Assembly: GCA_964016885.1 (NCBI GenBank)
Contig: OZ024740.1
Coordinates: 317,564,001-317,628,000, forward strand
Length of the DNA: 64,000 nt
Direction: 5' to 3'
Origin: Eledone cirrhosa
Taxonomy: Eukaryota
Made by a program: the position numbers and the translations under genes. A model generated the notes under the pieces. It did no database searches. It had not been told where the DNA came from and saw only the letters and a program-made list of their open reading frames with translations. Positions 53,211-64,000 of the stretch are shown here, piece after piece (the stretch's first letter is position 1; each line of letters begins with the position of its first letter).

Positions 53211-53927
53211 ATCAAGTTATGTTAGAATCTTTAAAAAGATCTTTAAAAAATATCCGTACGAATTAAATACAAAAAAAGTTTCAGTCCAAAACAAAAGCAA
53301 ACTATTTCAAATTATATATTTTTGAAAAATAGACGTGAATGTTCTCAAAGACTTGATTTCAGTCGAGAAAGCTTTTTTTTAAATTCTATATTTCACTGTT
53401 AGCTGTTGTAATATTTTGATTGGATAAACAATTCTACAATTCAAACTGTAAAGTCAAAATACAAAAGATGTAAAATATGAAGAATTTCTTACCTTTCTCT
53501 GAAATCACAAACTCATGGGAAAAATAGTATCTTGCAAAATAAAATACCTCGTAGCAAAATAAAATACTTAGCAACGAATGAATTGAGAAGCTTGGGACAG
53601 TGAGAAAGTAGTATTTGTATCCTTTATATATATATACATAGATAGATACACAGACACACACAAACCCACATAGACGCGCACGCACGCACACACAGACACA
53701 CACACACACATATATATACATAAACACACACAAACTTGTGTGTGTGTGTGCCTTGGTTTGGGTACAGAAAGAATTTTGTCTACAGTTTTTTATTGCCAGG
53801 TCAAAGGCCACTGCTCTTTTCAACAACGCCAAATAACAACGCTCCACACACACACACATATATATATATATATAAATGAAGAGAGAAAAACGGAGGGACA
53901 GAGAGAGTAAGAAATGTTTGGTACACG

Positions 53928-53980
<53 letters not shown>

Positions 53981-53990
53981 TTATCTCCAA

Positions 53991-54392
53991 CAGGGGGCTC
54001 ACACATGCGGCCCGCGAACTACTTATCTGTGGCCCGTGGTAGAACCAATATTTCATATCGCATTATAACTGGTGAAAATAAGGCGGCGAGCTGGTGGAAT
54101 CGTTAGCACATCTGCCGAAATGCTTAACGGTACTTCTTCCGTTTTTACGTTCTGAGTTCAAATTCCGCCGATCTCAACTTTGCCTTACATCCTTTTGGGA
54201 TCGATGAATTAAGTACCAGTTATGTACTAGGATCGTTGCAATCGACTGAACCCTAAACCCAAAATTTCATGCCTTGTTTCTATAGTAGAAATGATTATAA
54301 CGGGTGAAAATGTTCACCCAGCACGTTTGGCCCACTGTGCCTCTCCTCCAGGACGTAATAGCCCTTTTGTGTCCTTGAGTTTAAGACCCCTC
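53991..54392. mobile_element. hAT-type MITE interrupted by a tRNA SINE (54082-54296, +)
   Basis: CAGGGGGCTCACACATGCGGCCCGCG ... AGTTTAAGACCCCT imperfect TIRs; SINE head/core/tail in the middle. Confidence 0.55.
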
Positions 54393-54439
54393 TTCTACAC
54401 ACACACACACACACACACATATATTTTACTTTTTTTTCT

Positions 54440-54670
54440 GTCTCTGGAGCATCACCTTGGTAAGTTATAGGGACGTCAACAAACCAACAAGCATTGGTGG
54501 GAGGGCAAACACAAACGCAAAGACACACACACAGACATATATACATATATACGACGGGCTTCTTTTAGTTTCGATCTATCAAATCCACTCACAGGGCTTT
54601 GGTCGGCTCGGGCAGTGGGACTGAACCTGGAAATATGTGGTTGGGAAACAAGCTTCTTGTCACACTGCAT
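54440..54670 (-). mobile_element. Octopod-type CORE SINE copy with internal deletion
   Basis: TACGACGGGCTTCTTTTAGTTTC..CAAATCCACTCACAGGGCTTTGGTCGGC..GCAGTGGGACTGAACC recognised as a SINE body and reversed B-box. Confidence 0.7.
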
Positions 54671-54722
54671 ATATATATATATGTGTGTGTGTATGTGTGT
54701 GTGTATAATATATATATATATT

Positions 54723-54809
<87 letters not shown>

Positions 54810-54812
<3 letters not shown>

Positions 54813-55450
54813 TATGTCAGGTCACCAGTTGGTGCTACTGGTAACATGTATCCCAGTACAACTTGTCCCATGATCGGGTCGTTGGCGACTAAACTGGCAA
54901 CCCCGCCATGGTTTCTTGGTGAGGAGGGTGACTTTGGACATCCTGCAGGACTAAAAACAAAACCTGTCAAAGGGCAAAGGAGCTCTTAAGAGTCAATGGC
55001 CATCCAAAATCACCGGGAGAGATGACCCCTTAGCCTTTGTCAAGGTAGAATTCTAGAAGGAAAACTCTGATATAACACCTGTTGCAGGTGTTATATCAGA
55101 GTTTTCCTTCTAGAATTGATGGTATCCAATGATGTTGACTTTTTCTTCTTTTTGGTAAATATCATCTTGGTTAAGAGAGTGGGACTGGCTTTGTGCAGTG
55201 CCTTTGCTCACTATAAAAGCTTCACGGCACAGGCATTGCTTTATATCTAGAGATCTCTCTTCACTTGTCGTCACATGGTACCATGGGCCCAGCACTATGT
55301 GTTAATAATTGTCACAAGTGTAGTGTTTGTACCAGAGTTTTCAAGTCGCTGGCTGAACTAAAAAGTCACACTCGTTCAGCGTATCGGTAGGGGTTCTCCT
55401 ACATGAATATAAAGTAGTGGCCGTACTCGAAAACGAGTTGGCAGCCTCCA
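54810..55450 (+). mobile_element. Non-autonomous bipartite RTE derivative (5' UTR plus 3' zinc-finger end)
   Basis: RTE 5'-like GAAGGAAAACTCTGAT and GCAGTGCC..ACTATAAAAGC..GCACAGGC; 3' [21 protein letters not shown]; terminal CTCG-AAAA-CGAG hairpin then (TA)n. Confidence 0.7.
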
Positions 55451-55475
55451 TATATATATGTATGTATGTATGTAG

Positions 55476-55564
<89 letters not shown>

Positions 55565-55579
55565 TATGTATGTATGTAG

Positions 55580-55629
<50 letters not shown>

Positions 55630-57122
55630 AATTTTTAAAAACTTTTTAAAATTTAAAAAAAATTTTTTTTCTTTTTAAAATTTTTTTTTATATTTTGATA
55701 TCTGTAGAATCCTTGTTTTTAAGTTTTATTGATATAATATTTTATTTTTTATTAGATTCATTTTATTTATTTTTTTATTAGATTCATTTTTTTAAATCTT
55801 TATTAGATTTTTTTTTTTTTATTTTTTTTTTATTTTTATTAGATTTGTTTTTATTAGATTTGTTTTTATTCTGATAGCTTCTCATAATTTTTATTAGATT
55901 TATTTTTTATTCTGATAGCTTCTCATAATTTTCAAAAGTTTGTCCTTTCAATATCTTGATTAAAATATACGTAAGATTAATTTCTATACTAAATATATTA
56001 AATATATTATTTTAACTTAAAATATTCTATAATATTTTGGGATATTTTAGTATTTTGATATTTGTAGAATTCGTTTGCCTTTTAAGTTATATTGATATAA
56101 TTATATTTCCAAAATATAATCCTTTTGTATTTTATATACTCAATTGTACTATGTTATATATTGATGTATACGTATATCTATGTACGGCTAATGTATCTAT
56201 ATGTGTGTGTTGACATACATATACATGTGTTATATGCTTTTTTATGTCTGTCTGTATATGCATGAGTGACGCGTGTATACCAATTGAAGATGCACACACA
56301 TATCTATTCATGTATAGATAAGAATTATGGATGTGAATGTACAGGCTTACACATGCAGTTTTTGATTGTAGATATGCATAACTTAACAGCCATAAATGCA
56401 TGAAAGTTAATCCTATATATTTATATATATATACTAAAAACTTTTAATTTTAATTAATAACACAAGGAATGTATAGCAATAAATAAAAAAATCACTTATG
56501 CTTTGTATATATATATTATATGCGGGAGTAGATATAATGTGTATTTTCTGAGTGAGTGTGTATATATATATATTTATGTACCTTTGCCTATGTGTATGTA
56601 ATATACGATAGATAATCTCTCTAGCAATATATATATTTTATAATGTTTAAATTCCAATTTTTAATATATTGATCTCAATTTTTAAACTAAATATCTAATC
56701 ATAATTAAACAATGTGTAATTTCTCATATTATATATCTATATTTCATTCATGAATATTAATATTTCTAATTTTATTTATGCTTTTCATCGCAATTGTTAA
56801 CTCAACTTAATATGACATAACTTAAGGTTTTCTTTCTCTCCCCCCTCTCTCTATCTCTATATATCTCTCTCTGGATTTTTTCTCTGTCTGATGGTTTGAT
56901 ATCTCCCCGTTATTTTTCCTCTGTTCTCTTTTTTGCTTTCTTCTTTTTCTTTATCTATCTCTCCCTTTCTTTTCTCCACGTTTCTCTCTCTCCATCTTTT
57001 TACTTACTCTTAACACTATGATTTACTAAAGTAAACAAACCACTATCCTGATGGCCTCCAAAAGCAACGGTCAATGTTTAAAGGGGTACGTCAATGTCTA
57101 TTTATAAAACTGTTATATATTG

Positions 57123-57187
57123 TATTTTGTCTGATGAAGGCATACTATAATATAACTTGGTATCCTTGAAATATATATAATGAAATA
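57123..57187 (+). ncRNA. Type-I hammerhead ribozyme motif (Penelope-like, possibly decayed)
   Basis: TATTTTGT-CTGATGA-AGGCATAC..GTATCCT-T-GAAA-T-ATAT-ATA-ATGAAATA; stems I, II and III can pair. Confidence 0.6.
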
Positions 57188-57227
57188 AATATGGTTTTAT
57201 AAATATAGTTTCCATTTATTAATATCG

Positions 57228-57258
<31 letters not shown>

Positions 57259-57275
57259 ATTTATATATGTATGTA

Positions 57276-57342
<67 letters not shown>

Positions 57343-57806
57343 TATGCGCTACAACTGTGTCTGCTTGCTTTAACCTCACCTCGCTTGCTAATGCATGTGA
57401 ATTCTTCTACCTCCTTCGATGCACCTCTCTGACCAATTGACTCCTGCCCGTGTGTGAACTGGTTTGTGATTACCCCACCGCTCAACTGTGTGAATGCACA
57501 CCCATGACTTTCGAGTGAACTTTCGAGACTGCCCAACCTGGGACGCCTCCATTGCCTTGCAATGGTCAAGTGATACTGGTGACTGTGACACTTAGTGCCT
57601 TCGTGGGCCCCTGATGTTTTCATGAAATATATTTTAAAAAATTGGTCAAGTGATACACATAACTGTGACATTTAGTGCCTTCGTGGGCCCCTGATACATT
57701 CAAGAGATATATTCTAAAAAAATATATATCTTATCTCAATTTACTTTATTTCATTTTATTTCATTTCATGTTATCTAATTTTATTTATTTACTTACTTGA
57801 CTCCAT

Positions 57807-57846
<40 letters not shown>

Positions 57847-57922
57847 ATTTAAATTTAAATTTTAATTTTAAAATTTTAAAATTTTAAAATTTAAATTTAA
57901 ATTTTATTTATTTATTTAATTT

Positions 57923-57953
<31 letters not shown>

Positions 57954-58521
57954 TTTTATTTAATTACATTTAATTACATTTAATTATACATTTAATTATA
58001 TCTTATATTATATTATTTTAATTTAGTCTATGTTATTTGATTTTAGTTTACCTTATTTTATCTTATTTTACGATTATACTATATTATGTTCTATGTATAT
58101 AATTTTTAATTTTTAATTTTATATTATTTTATCTCATTCCTTACCCTATATTTTATATTTTATATGTAAGTTTGTTATGTATTTCTTTGTATTTCTTTTT
58201 ATATATATTATAAGTCTGTTTTTCACCTATTTTTTACCTATTTTTTACCTACTCTTACCTAATCCCATTATCTTATCTACTCTTGTCTGTTCTCTTATCC
58301 ATGTGTCTACTCTTGTCTGTACTCTTATCCATGTGTATGCTTGTATGTAACTATATGTTGACAGCACCCCGCCCAACTGTGACTGATAGCACCCCTTATT
58401 TTTATTTTTATTTTTATTTTTACTTTTATTTTTATTTTTATTCTTATCCTCTATCGTCTATTATTACCTTTCATTCTTCAATGTCTTGGATTTGTTATTG
58501 CTTGTATGGTATGTAATTAAC

Positions 58522-58579
58522 CTTTATGCTCTGATGAGTCCCACTTATAGTGCGGATGAAACAATGTTAGCAAGTAAAG
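58522..58579 (+). ncRNA. Type-I hammerhead ribozyme
   Basis: CTTTATGCT-CTGATGA-GTCCCAC(TTATA)GTG-C-GGAT-GAAAC-AAT-GTT-AGCA-AG-TAAAG; complete catalytic core, predicted cleavage after 58568. Confidence 0.75.
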
Positions 58580-58731
58580 ATATGCATATGCTATAAGCGT
58601 TCTTTGTTATTTATTTATTATATTACGGCTCTGTCCTTACATTGAGCTAACCTCATACTGCCTGCTGGATAAGTGGAGTGTTATACACCCCTGATCCTTT
58701 CCCTAGCATACTATATATATATATATATATC

Positions 58732-59800
58732 AGACTCAGAAGCTCCCGCGTCTTGCGATGCATGAGGCAATCATAGCGTTCCATCGCGTTCGGTCAGCAG
58801 CCAGTTGCACAGCGTCCCGCCATTGTCTGTTTGTTGCTCGCAGGTCCCTCTCAACTGTCTGGCGCCAGTTCATATTGGGTCGCCCTCTCCGTCTGCTTCC
58901 CTGCGGGCTCCATTTAAGTACTTGGTTCGCCAGTCTCTCCGGGGGAAGTCTCAAAGCGTGTCCAAACCAGCCCAGGCGTCGCTTGCAGATGGTAGAAGAG
59001 ACTAGCTGCTGGTTGGTGCGGTTCCTGACTTCCTGGTTTGTTACATGGTCACTCCATTTAATCCCCAGGATCTTTTGCAGACACCTGGAATCGAATGCGT
59101 CCAACTTCTTCTCTTGGTTGGTCTTAAGGTACCATGTTTCACTTCCGTACAAGAGTGTGGACAGCTGCTGTTGTAGAATCTCATCTTTGTTTTGAGGGTG
59201 AACTTCCTGCTCTTCCAGATCTTGTCAAGCTGGTTAAATGCTGCTGAAGCCTTTCCCATTCTACATTGCAATTCACTGTCCATGGTGCCCCCATTGTTAA
59301 TGGAGCTTCCTAGGTAGGTGAAGTTGTTCACTATCTCCACCTCCCCCTGTTCGATGAAGACACTAGTTGGTGATGGGTGTGTCCCAGATAACATGCTTTT
59401 GGTCTTCTTGGCACTGATATTGAGACCTAAGCTTCCTGCTTCGACATTGATATTGTTCATGATGATTTGCAGGTCAGCTGTGCTCTCTGCAAGTGCAGCA
59501 ATATCGTCCGCAAAGTCCAGGTCAGACAACTTTTGCTCTCCCACCCAAGATATACCCTGGTCTTTAGACGCTCTTCTTAGTACCCAGTCAATAGCTATGG
59601 CAAAGAGAATTGGAGAGAGCGAGCAACATTGACGCACGCCAGTAACCACTTCAAACCAGTCACTGTAACCATCCTCTGTCCGTATGCAGCACTTGGAGTT
59701 TGCGTAAATCTGTTTGATTGCCGAAATGACTTTCTGGGGCAGACCATACTCATGCATGATGCTCCAGAGTGACGGTCGATGAATGCTATCGAATGCTTTG
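58732..59800 (-). pseudogene. 5'-truncated RTE LINE with frameshift, in (TA)n
   Basis: GVRQCCSLSPILF, DLDFADDI, FTYLGS, YGSETW, RRLGWFGHALR, RRRGRPNMNW. Confidence 0.92.
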
Positions 59801-59825
59801 GAGAAATCGAAATATATGAAAACAA

Positions 59826-59896
<71 letters not shown>

Positions 59897-60454
59897 CTAC
59901 ATACATATATATATACATACATTTACGTATGTATATAGCTATGCATTTATACATTTGTATATATACATGCATATATATTTAAGTGTGTAAGGATGTTGAT
60001 ATGATCTATGACTTCTTTTTTTGGTAAGGAGAACATTTTTGTCGCCAGATTTTATTACCTAGGGAGATTAAATACCACACTTCTGGCTGAAAGCTGACCA
60101 GGCTCTCAACTTCATCAAACACTAACGACGGCCTGTGTGTGTATATATGTGTGTGTGTATGTATGTGTATATATATGTGTGTGTGTATGTATGTATGTAT
60201 GTATGTATGTATGTATGTATGTGTGCGTATGTTTACCACCATTGCTTCTTCTTGTCATTTCTGTTGAAGTAGTCCTTACTTTCATTCTCTTTGATTTCTT
60301 TTGATTTTCCTTTATCTCCCTAGGGAATTCGTCGACAAGCTTCTTTAATTTATTTTCTTTGTTTTCTTCATTAAAATCACTGACTGTCTAAGAGGCGTAC
60401 AAATATGACTCATAAAACTTACCAAACTAAAGGGGCTTCTAGCGCCTTCAAAGT

Positions 60455-60575
60455 TTAAAACGCCCCCTTACTACATAACGACCCCCTAACGCCCCCTTAC
60501 TGCATAACACCCCCTAACGCCCCCTTACTGCATAACGGCCCCTAACGCCCTCTTACTTCATAACGCCCCCTGGAG
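60455..60575. repeat. Subterminal tandem repeats of the hAT element
   Basis: (AACGCCCCCTTACTGCATAACRCCCCT)n. Confidence 0.85.
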
Positions 60576-60989
60576 CTACGAAACGCCTTCGGGCGGGGGG
60601 GGGGGGGGGGGGGCATATGCCCTCCTTGAGAACCGTTATGTTAGATAATTATGTGAGGTAAAACCTTTACCCGAAAATATAATAGCAAATATAGAGTAAT
60701 GTAAATGCTAAAGGGTTAAAAGAAACATGACCTTATATGTCTAGCTGAATCTCCCCGAAAACTACGTTAAGGGTGTACATGGAATGCTCTACAATGTACT
60801 GGTTGTTCTGTTGTTTGAACAACTACAACACTCATTGTGGAACCGACGGAGACCCAACACATTATATTCTACTATTAGCATATGAGTCTGGATTTTTCAA
60901 ATAAAAAAACATGTTATTAATGTTTTCTGCCTTGGTATCATGTTTTATAGATAATAATTTAGATCTTAGTCATTTGCTCGCTTTCTGCA

Positions 60990-61385
60990 AACACACACAA
61001 ACACATGCACATACACACACATACACAAACACATGCACATACCTACACATACACACACATACATACACACATACAAACACATATACACATAAATACACAT
61101 ACATACACACACGTATAAACTCACACACACACGCTTACACATATGCACACACACACACACACACAAAAGACACACACTCATTCATAGAAAAACCCACTCA
61201 CACACACACACGTGAACACACAAATACATACATGAACATACATGAACACACAAGCACACACACACATAAAAAACTCACGCATGCGCATATACACACATAC
61301 AGGCGCATACACACATACCCATATATAAAAACCACGCATGCACATACCCACACATACCCAATGAATATTTATACACAACACAGAG
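60990..61385. repeat. Degenerate (CA)n/(CATA)n tract
   Basis: CA-rich low-complexity sequence. Confidence 0.9.
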
Positions 61386-61920
61386 TATATTAAAAAATGT
61401 CGGATAAGTTTAATGTAAGTCTAACTACAATGTATACACGGTATAAAACTTGAAACAAATGCGAAGAGCATTCTGTTATTATCTTTATACACAGTAAATA
61501 AAAATTGTGCTTGATATAAATAGCATTTGACTTTGTCCCTCTTTGTGGGCGGAAGGATAGGTTATATGACTACCTAATGAACGGTTAATTAACCGTAAAA
61601 CATCTATTAACAACATCATGCATTTCTGTGTACAAAGGAGATAACAAAATCTGTCTCACATTTGTTTAAATTTGAACAGCGAGGCTAAGAAACTGGTGTA
61701 GTTAGATCTTTGTTTTACATACACTAACATACTTTGTATATATATATATATATATATATGGGATAACAAGTTATCGTTTTAGGTGATCCAGTTAGAGGTT
61801 GTGCGTACTCTGTACTATGGATAGTTTTAACGTACGGCGTTGTTTCACTCAACAAGAGGTTTCCTTAGTTAGGTAGCAAGTTTACGAGAATTCCCATGTA
61901 GGTTATTCTTGGAGTAATGG

Positions 61921-62167
61921 TAGTGAAAGAATGAAGAATAACATGGTCGGCTGTTCAAAAAGGGTTTTATTTACAGTATTAACAATTGTTTCATTGACCA
62001 GGCATTCCGATGATTTGATCAGAGACACACACTATATTTAAGGTCGAGTGACGCAATTTCGAGTGATTAGCGGCCTTTAGACTCACCTGATCAATGAAAC
62101 AATTGTTATTACTGTAAATAAAACCCTTTTTGTACAGCCGACCATGTTATTCTTCACTCTTTCACTA
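61921..62167. repeat. Inverted repeat: 82-bp arms (4 mismatches), 83-bp spacer
   Basis: 61921-62002 is the reverse complement of 62086-62167; TA at both outer ends. Confidence 0.92.
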
Positions 62168-62176
62168 TATATATAC

Positions 62177-62207
<31 letters not shown>

Positions 62208-62208
62208 A

Positions 62209-62246
<38 letters not shown>

Positions 62247-62286
62247 GCAGGGATACAAAAACAATTAGTATTATTAATTTCACGCT

Positions 62287-62493
62287 TTATGGGCGGTGGA
62301 TTGGCAGTATCGGTAAAGGGTCGGACGCCATGCTCTCCAGCATAGAGTTACGTCCCTTTACGGACTGAGTTCAAATCCCGCCGAGGTTAACTTTGCCTTA
62401 CGGGGTCGATAAAACTCATCCTTATGAGGTCGATAAAATAAAGTACCAATAATGTATTGGGTAATTGCTGGCCTTGTGTCAAAAGTAGAAATA
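62287..62493 (+). mobile_element. tRNA SINE, short subfamily, with internal duplication and TSD
   Basis: 17-bp TSD ATTATTAATTTCACGCT (62270-62286 and 62494-62510). Confidence 0.9.
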
Positions 62494-62509
62494 ATTATTA
62501 ATTTCACGC

Positions 62510-63615
62510 TGTGGATGAAAAAGAGAAACAAGTTCGACGTTTCAAACGTTAATCTTTCATCAGGAGATCCGATAGTTCAGAAAATAGAAAACAGAAAAAG
62601 GAGAATATGCGTGTGTGTGTATGAGCCTGTTGTTTTTAATTTATTGTGTGTATATTAGCGTATATATTGTTGGAATGGTCTATACTTTGTTTGTGATGTT
62701 GTCTAAGTGTGTCTGACTCTATTTAATATTGTATATGTGTGTGTGGTTTATCTGTGTATGTATCGAATATGAAAGAAATTAATAGTGACTCCTACTTTAA
62801 ATAGCATATGAGAAATTGTTGTTTAACTACTGCAGTGAGAAAAACGGCTTTATGGAGTACATTTCAGGAGTAAATGCTCGTTTAACCTTATGCTCCATTC
62901 TACAGTTGTGTTTTCGAACATGAAATTAAGTAGTTATGTTTTCATAATTGTAAGCTGACATTGTAAGCGCTGTGTATTTCGTCGACTAATCGATTTGCTG
63001 TTCTCTATCAAAATATAATACACAATTTACCGTCAATGATTATAGAGAAAAGCAAAACTGATGATTTTAAAGAGGGAAGTGTTAAATCTGGCTGATAAAT
63101 TGGGGGTTGTGAAAAGATATGAATATAGTGACAGCAAACAAGAACAAGACAGGAATGAAGTGACAGCAAGACCAATTATTAGAAAAATATATAGAAGAAA
63201 CATAATGGTGAATCCACTTAATGTAAGTGGACAGTAAGGAATAGAACTGGTATCTGGTCTTTGTGAATAGAAGATTGCAGTCTAAAATAAATAATAAAAT
63301 AAGATAAATAAATAAAAGATAAATAAAATTAATTCTCCTCAGCATTTATAGGTATTAAAATTCAACCTATAAGTATCTTCTCTGTACACACACACACACA
63401 CGTTCCAACTCGTTACGAAGACTACCTTACGGTTTATCTTATATACATTCTTTATTTTCGTTGTTTTTCTTTACTTGGACTACCTTTATTTCTGGATTTC
63501 CTTTGTGATCCTATTTCTAATTTTGTACTCACGAAGAAGGCCTAAAGCCCGACACGTCGAACTTTCCTTCCCTTTTTCTATATAAAGCGTATCTCTGTTT
63601 CTTGACTCCTTGAAC
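62510..63615. mobile_element. Decayed Penelope-like element with divergent terminal repeats
   Basis: Minus-strand CCTGATGAAAG..GAAACGTCGAACTT (62530-62572) and plus-strand GAAGAAGGCCTAAAGCCCGACACGTCGAACTT (63526-63566); weak YLISC GIY-YIG-like remnant between them. Confidence 0.5.
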
Positions 63616-63724
63616 TATAAATGTATGCAAAAGGTAAACAGAAATAACAAAGTAAACGACACAGTACAATAAAGAAATATATTATTGGTTTTACGCTTTA
63701 TATAGTAGGAAAAGAGTCTTAAAA

Positions 63725-64000
63725 TTTCGGACGCTAGAATGCATGGACACTGGACAAGTGCGTCCATAACGGTTTCGTCACTCTGCGCGCATCTCGGGCA
63801 AGTCCGTCTGACAGCACTTCCGTGCCTGTAGAGTTTATCTCGAACCGGCAGTGCCTCCCGGTAACACTGCCAAGCGAGGGATTTTTGGAAATTATCCATC
63901 GTCCCCGGCACGAAAGTCCTCCAGAACAGACTGGTTAGTTCGACTTCGTCGACTCCCAGAGCCTCTCCGAGTGCGTCGTCGCGCTTGCCCACCACTAATC
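63725..64000 (-). pseudogene. L1/Tx1-type LINE ORF2 C-terminal (zf-RVT) fragment; continues beyond the window
   Basis: SLAWQCYREALPVRDKLYRHG..TCPRCAQSDETVMDALVQCP (CxxC..E(T/S)..H...C with H decayed). Confidence 0.8.

Larger units (their letters stand above)
48702..60638 (-). mobile_element. hAT Charlie/Buster DNA transposon inflated by nested insertions
   Basis: Ends CAAAGGTTTTCAAC / CTTGAGAACCGTTA; perfect 8-bp TSD TGTTAGAT (48694-48701 and 60639-60646); AACGCCCC subterminal repeats at both ends. Confidence 0.88.
48561..60715. mobile_element. piggyBac-type MITE (~210 bp) split by a 12-kb hAT insertion
   Basis: Perfect 14-bp TIR CCCTTTAGCATTTA / TAAATGCTAAAGGG; flanks TCAA / TTAA. Confidence 0.8.

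Overview
Eukaryotic, repeat-saturated intronic or intergenic DNA. The SINE, RTE-tail and MITE sequences look like octopod cephalopod repeats; this is inferred from recognition, not tested. No host protein-coding gene can be called confidently, and most ORFs in the track are microsatellite read-throughs. Contents: (1) about 35 copies of a tRNA-derived SINE in long and short subfamilies, often in same-strand head-to-tail runs. (2) CORE-type SINEs and a composite SINE with a distinct tail. (3) A SINE-bounded tandem triplication at 6.3-11.6 kb with a highly variable GGT/GAT microsatellite. (4) One young 5'-truncated RTE LINE with an open RT ORF containing a PHD finger. (5) Decayed LINE fragments (RTE/RTE-X, Dong/R4, CRE, L1/Tx1, RNase H-bearing I-group), a decayed Gypsy, and hAT, Tc1-mariner and Helitron MITEs. 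(6) A 12-kb nested structure: a piggyBac-type MITE containing a Charlie/Buster hAT with a perfect 8-bp TSD, which in turn contains a second hAT, SINEs, RTEs and Penelope-like pieces. The most interesting signals are a set of type-I hammerhead ribozyme motifs in non-coding, (TA)n-embedded Penelope-like units, bipartite non-autonomous RTE derivatives, and several long near-perfect hairpins.
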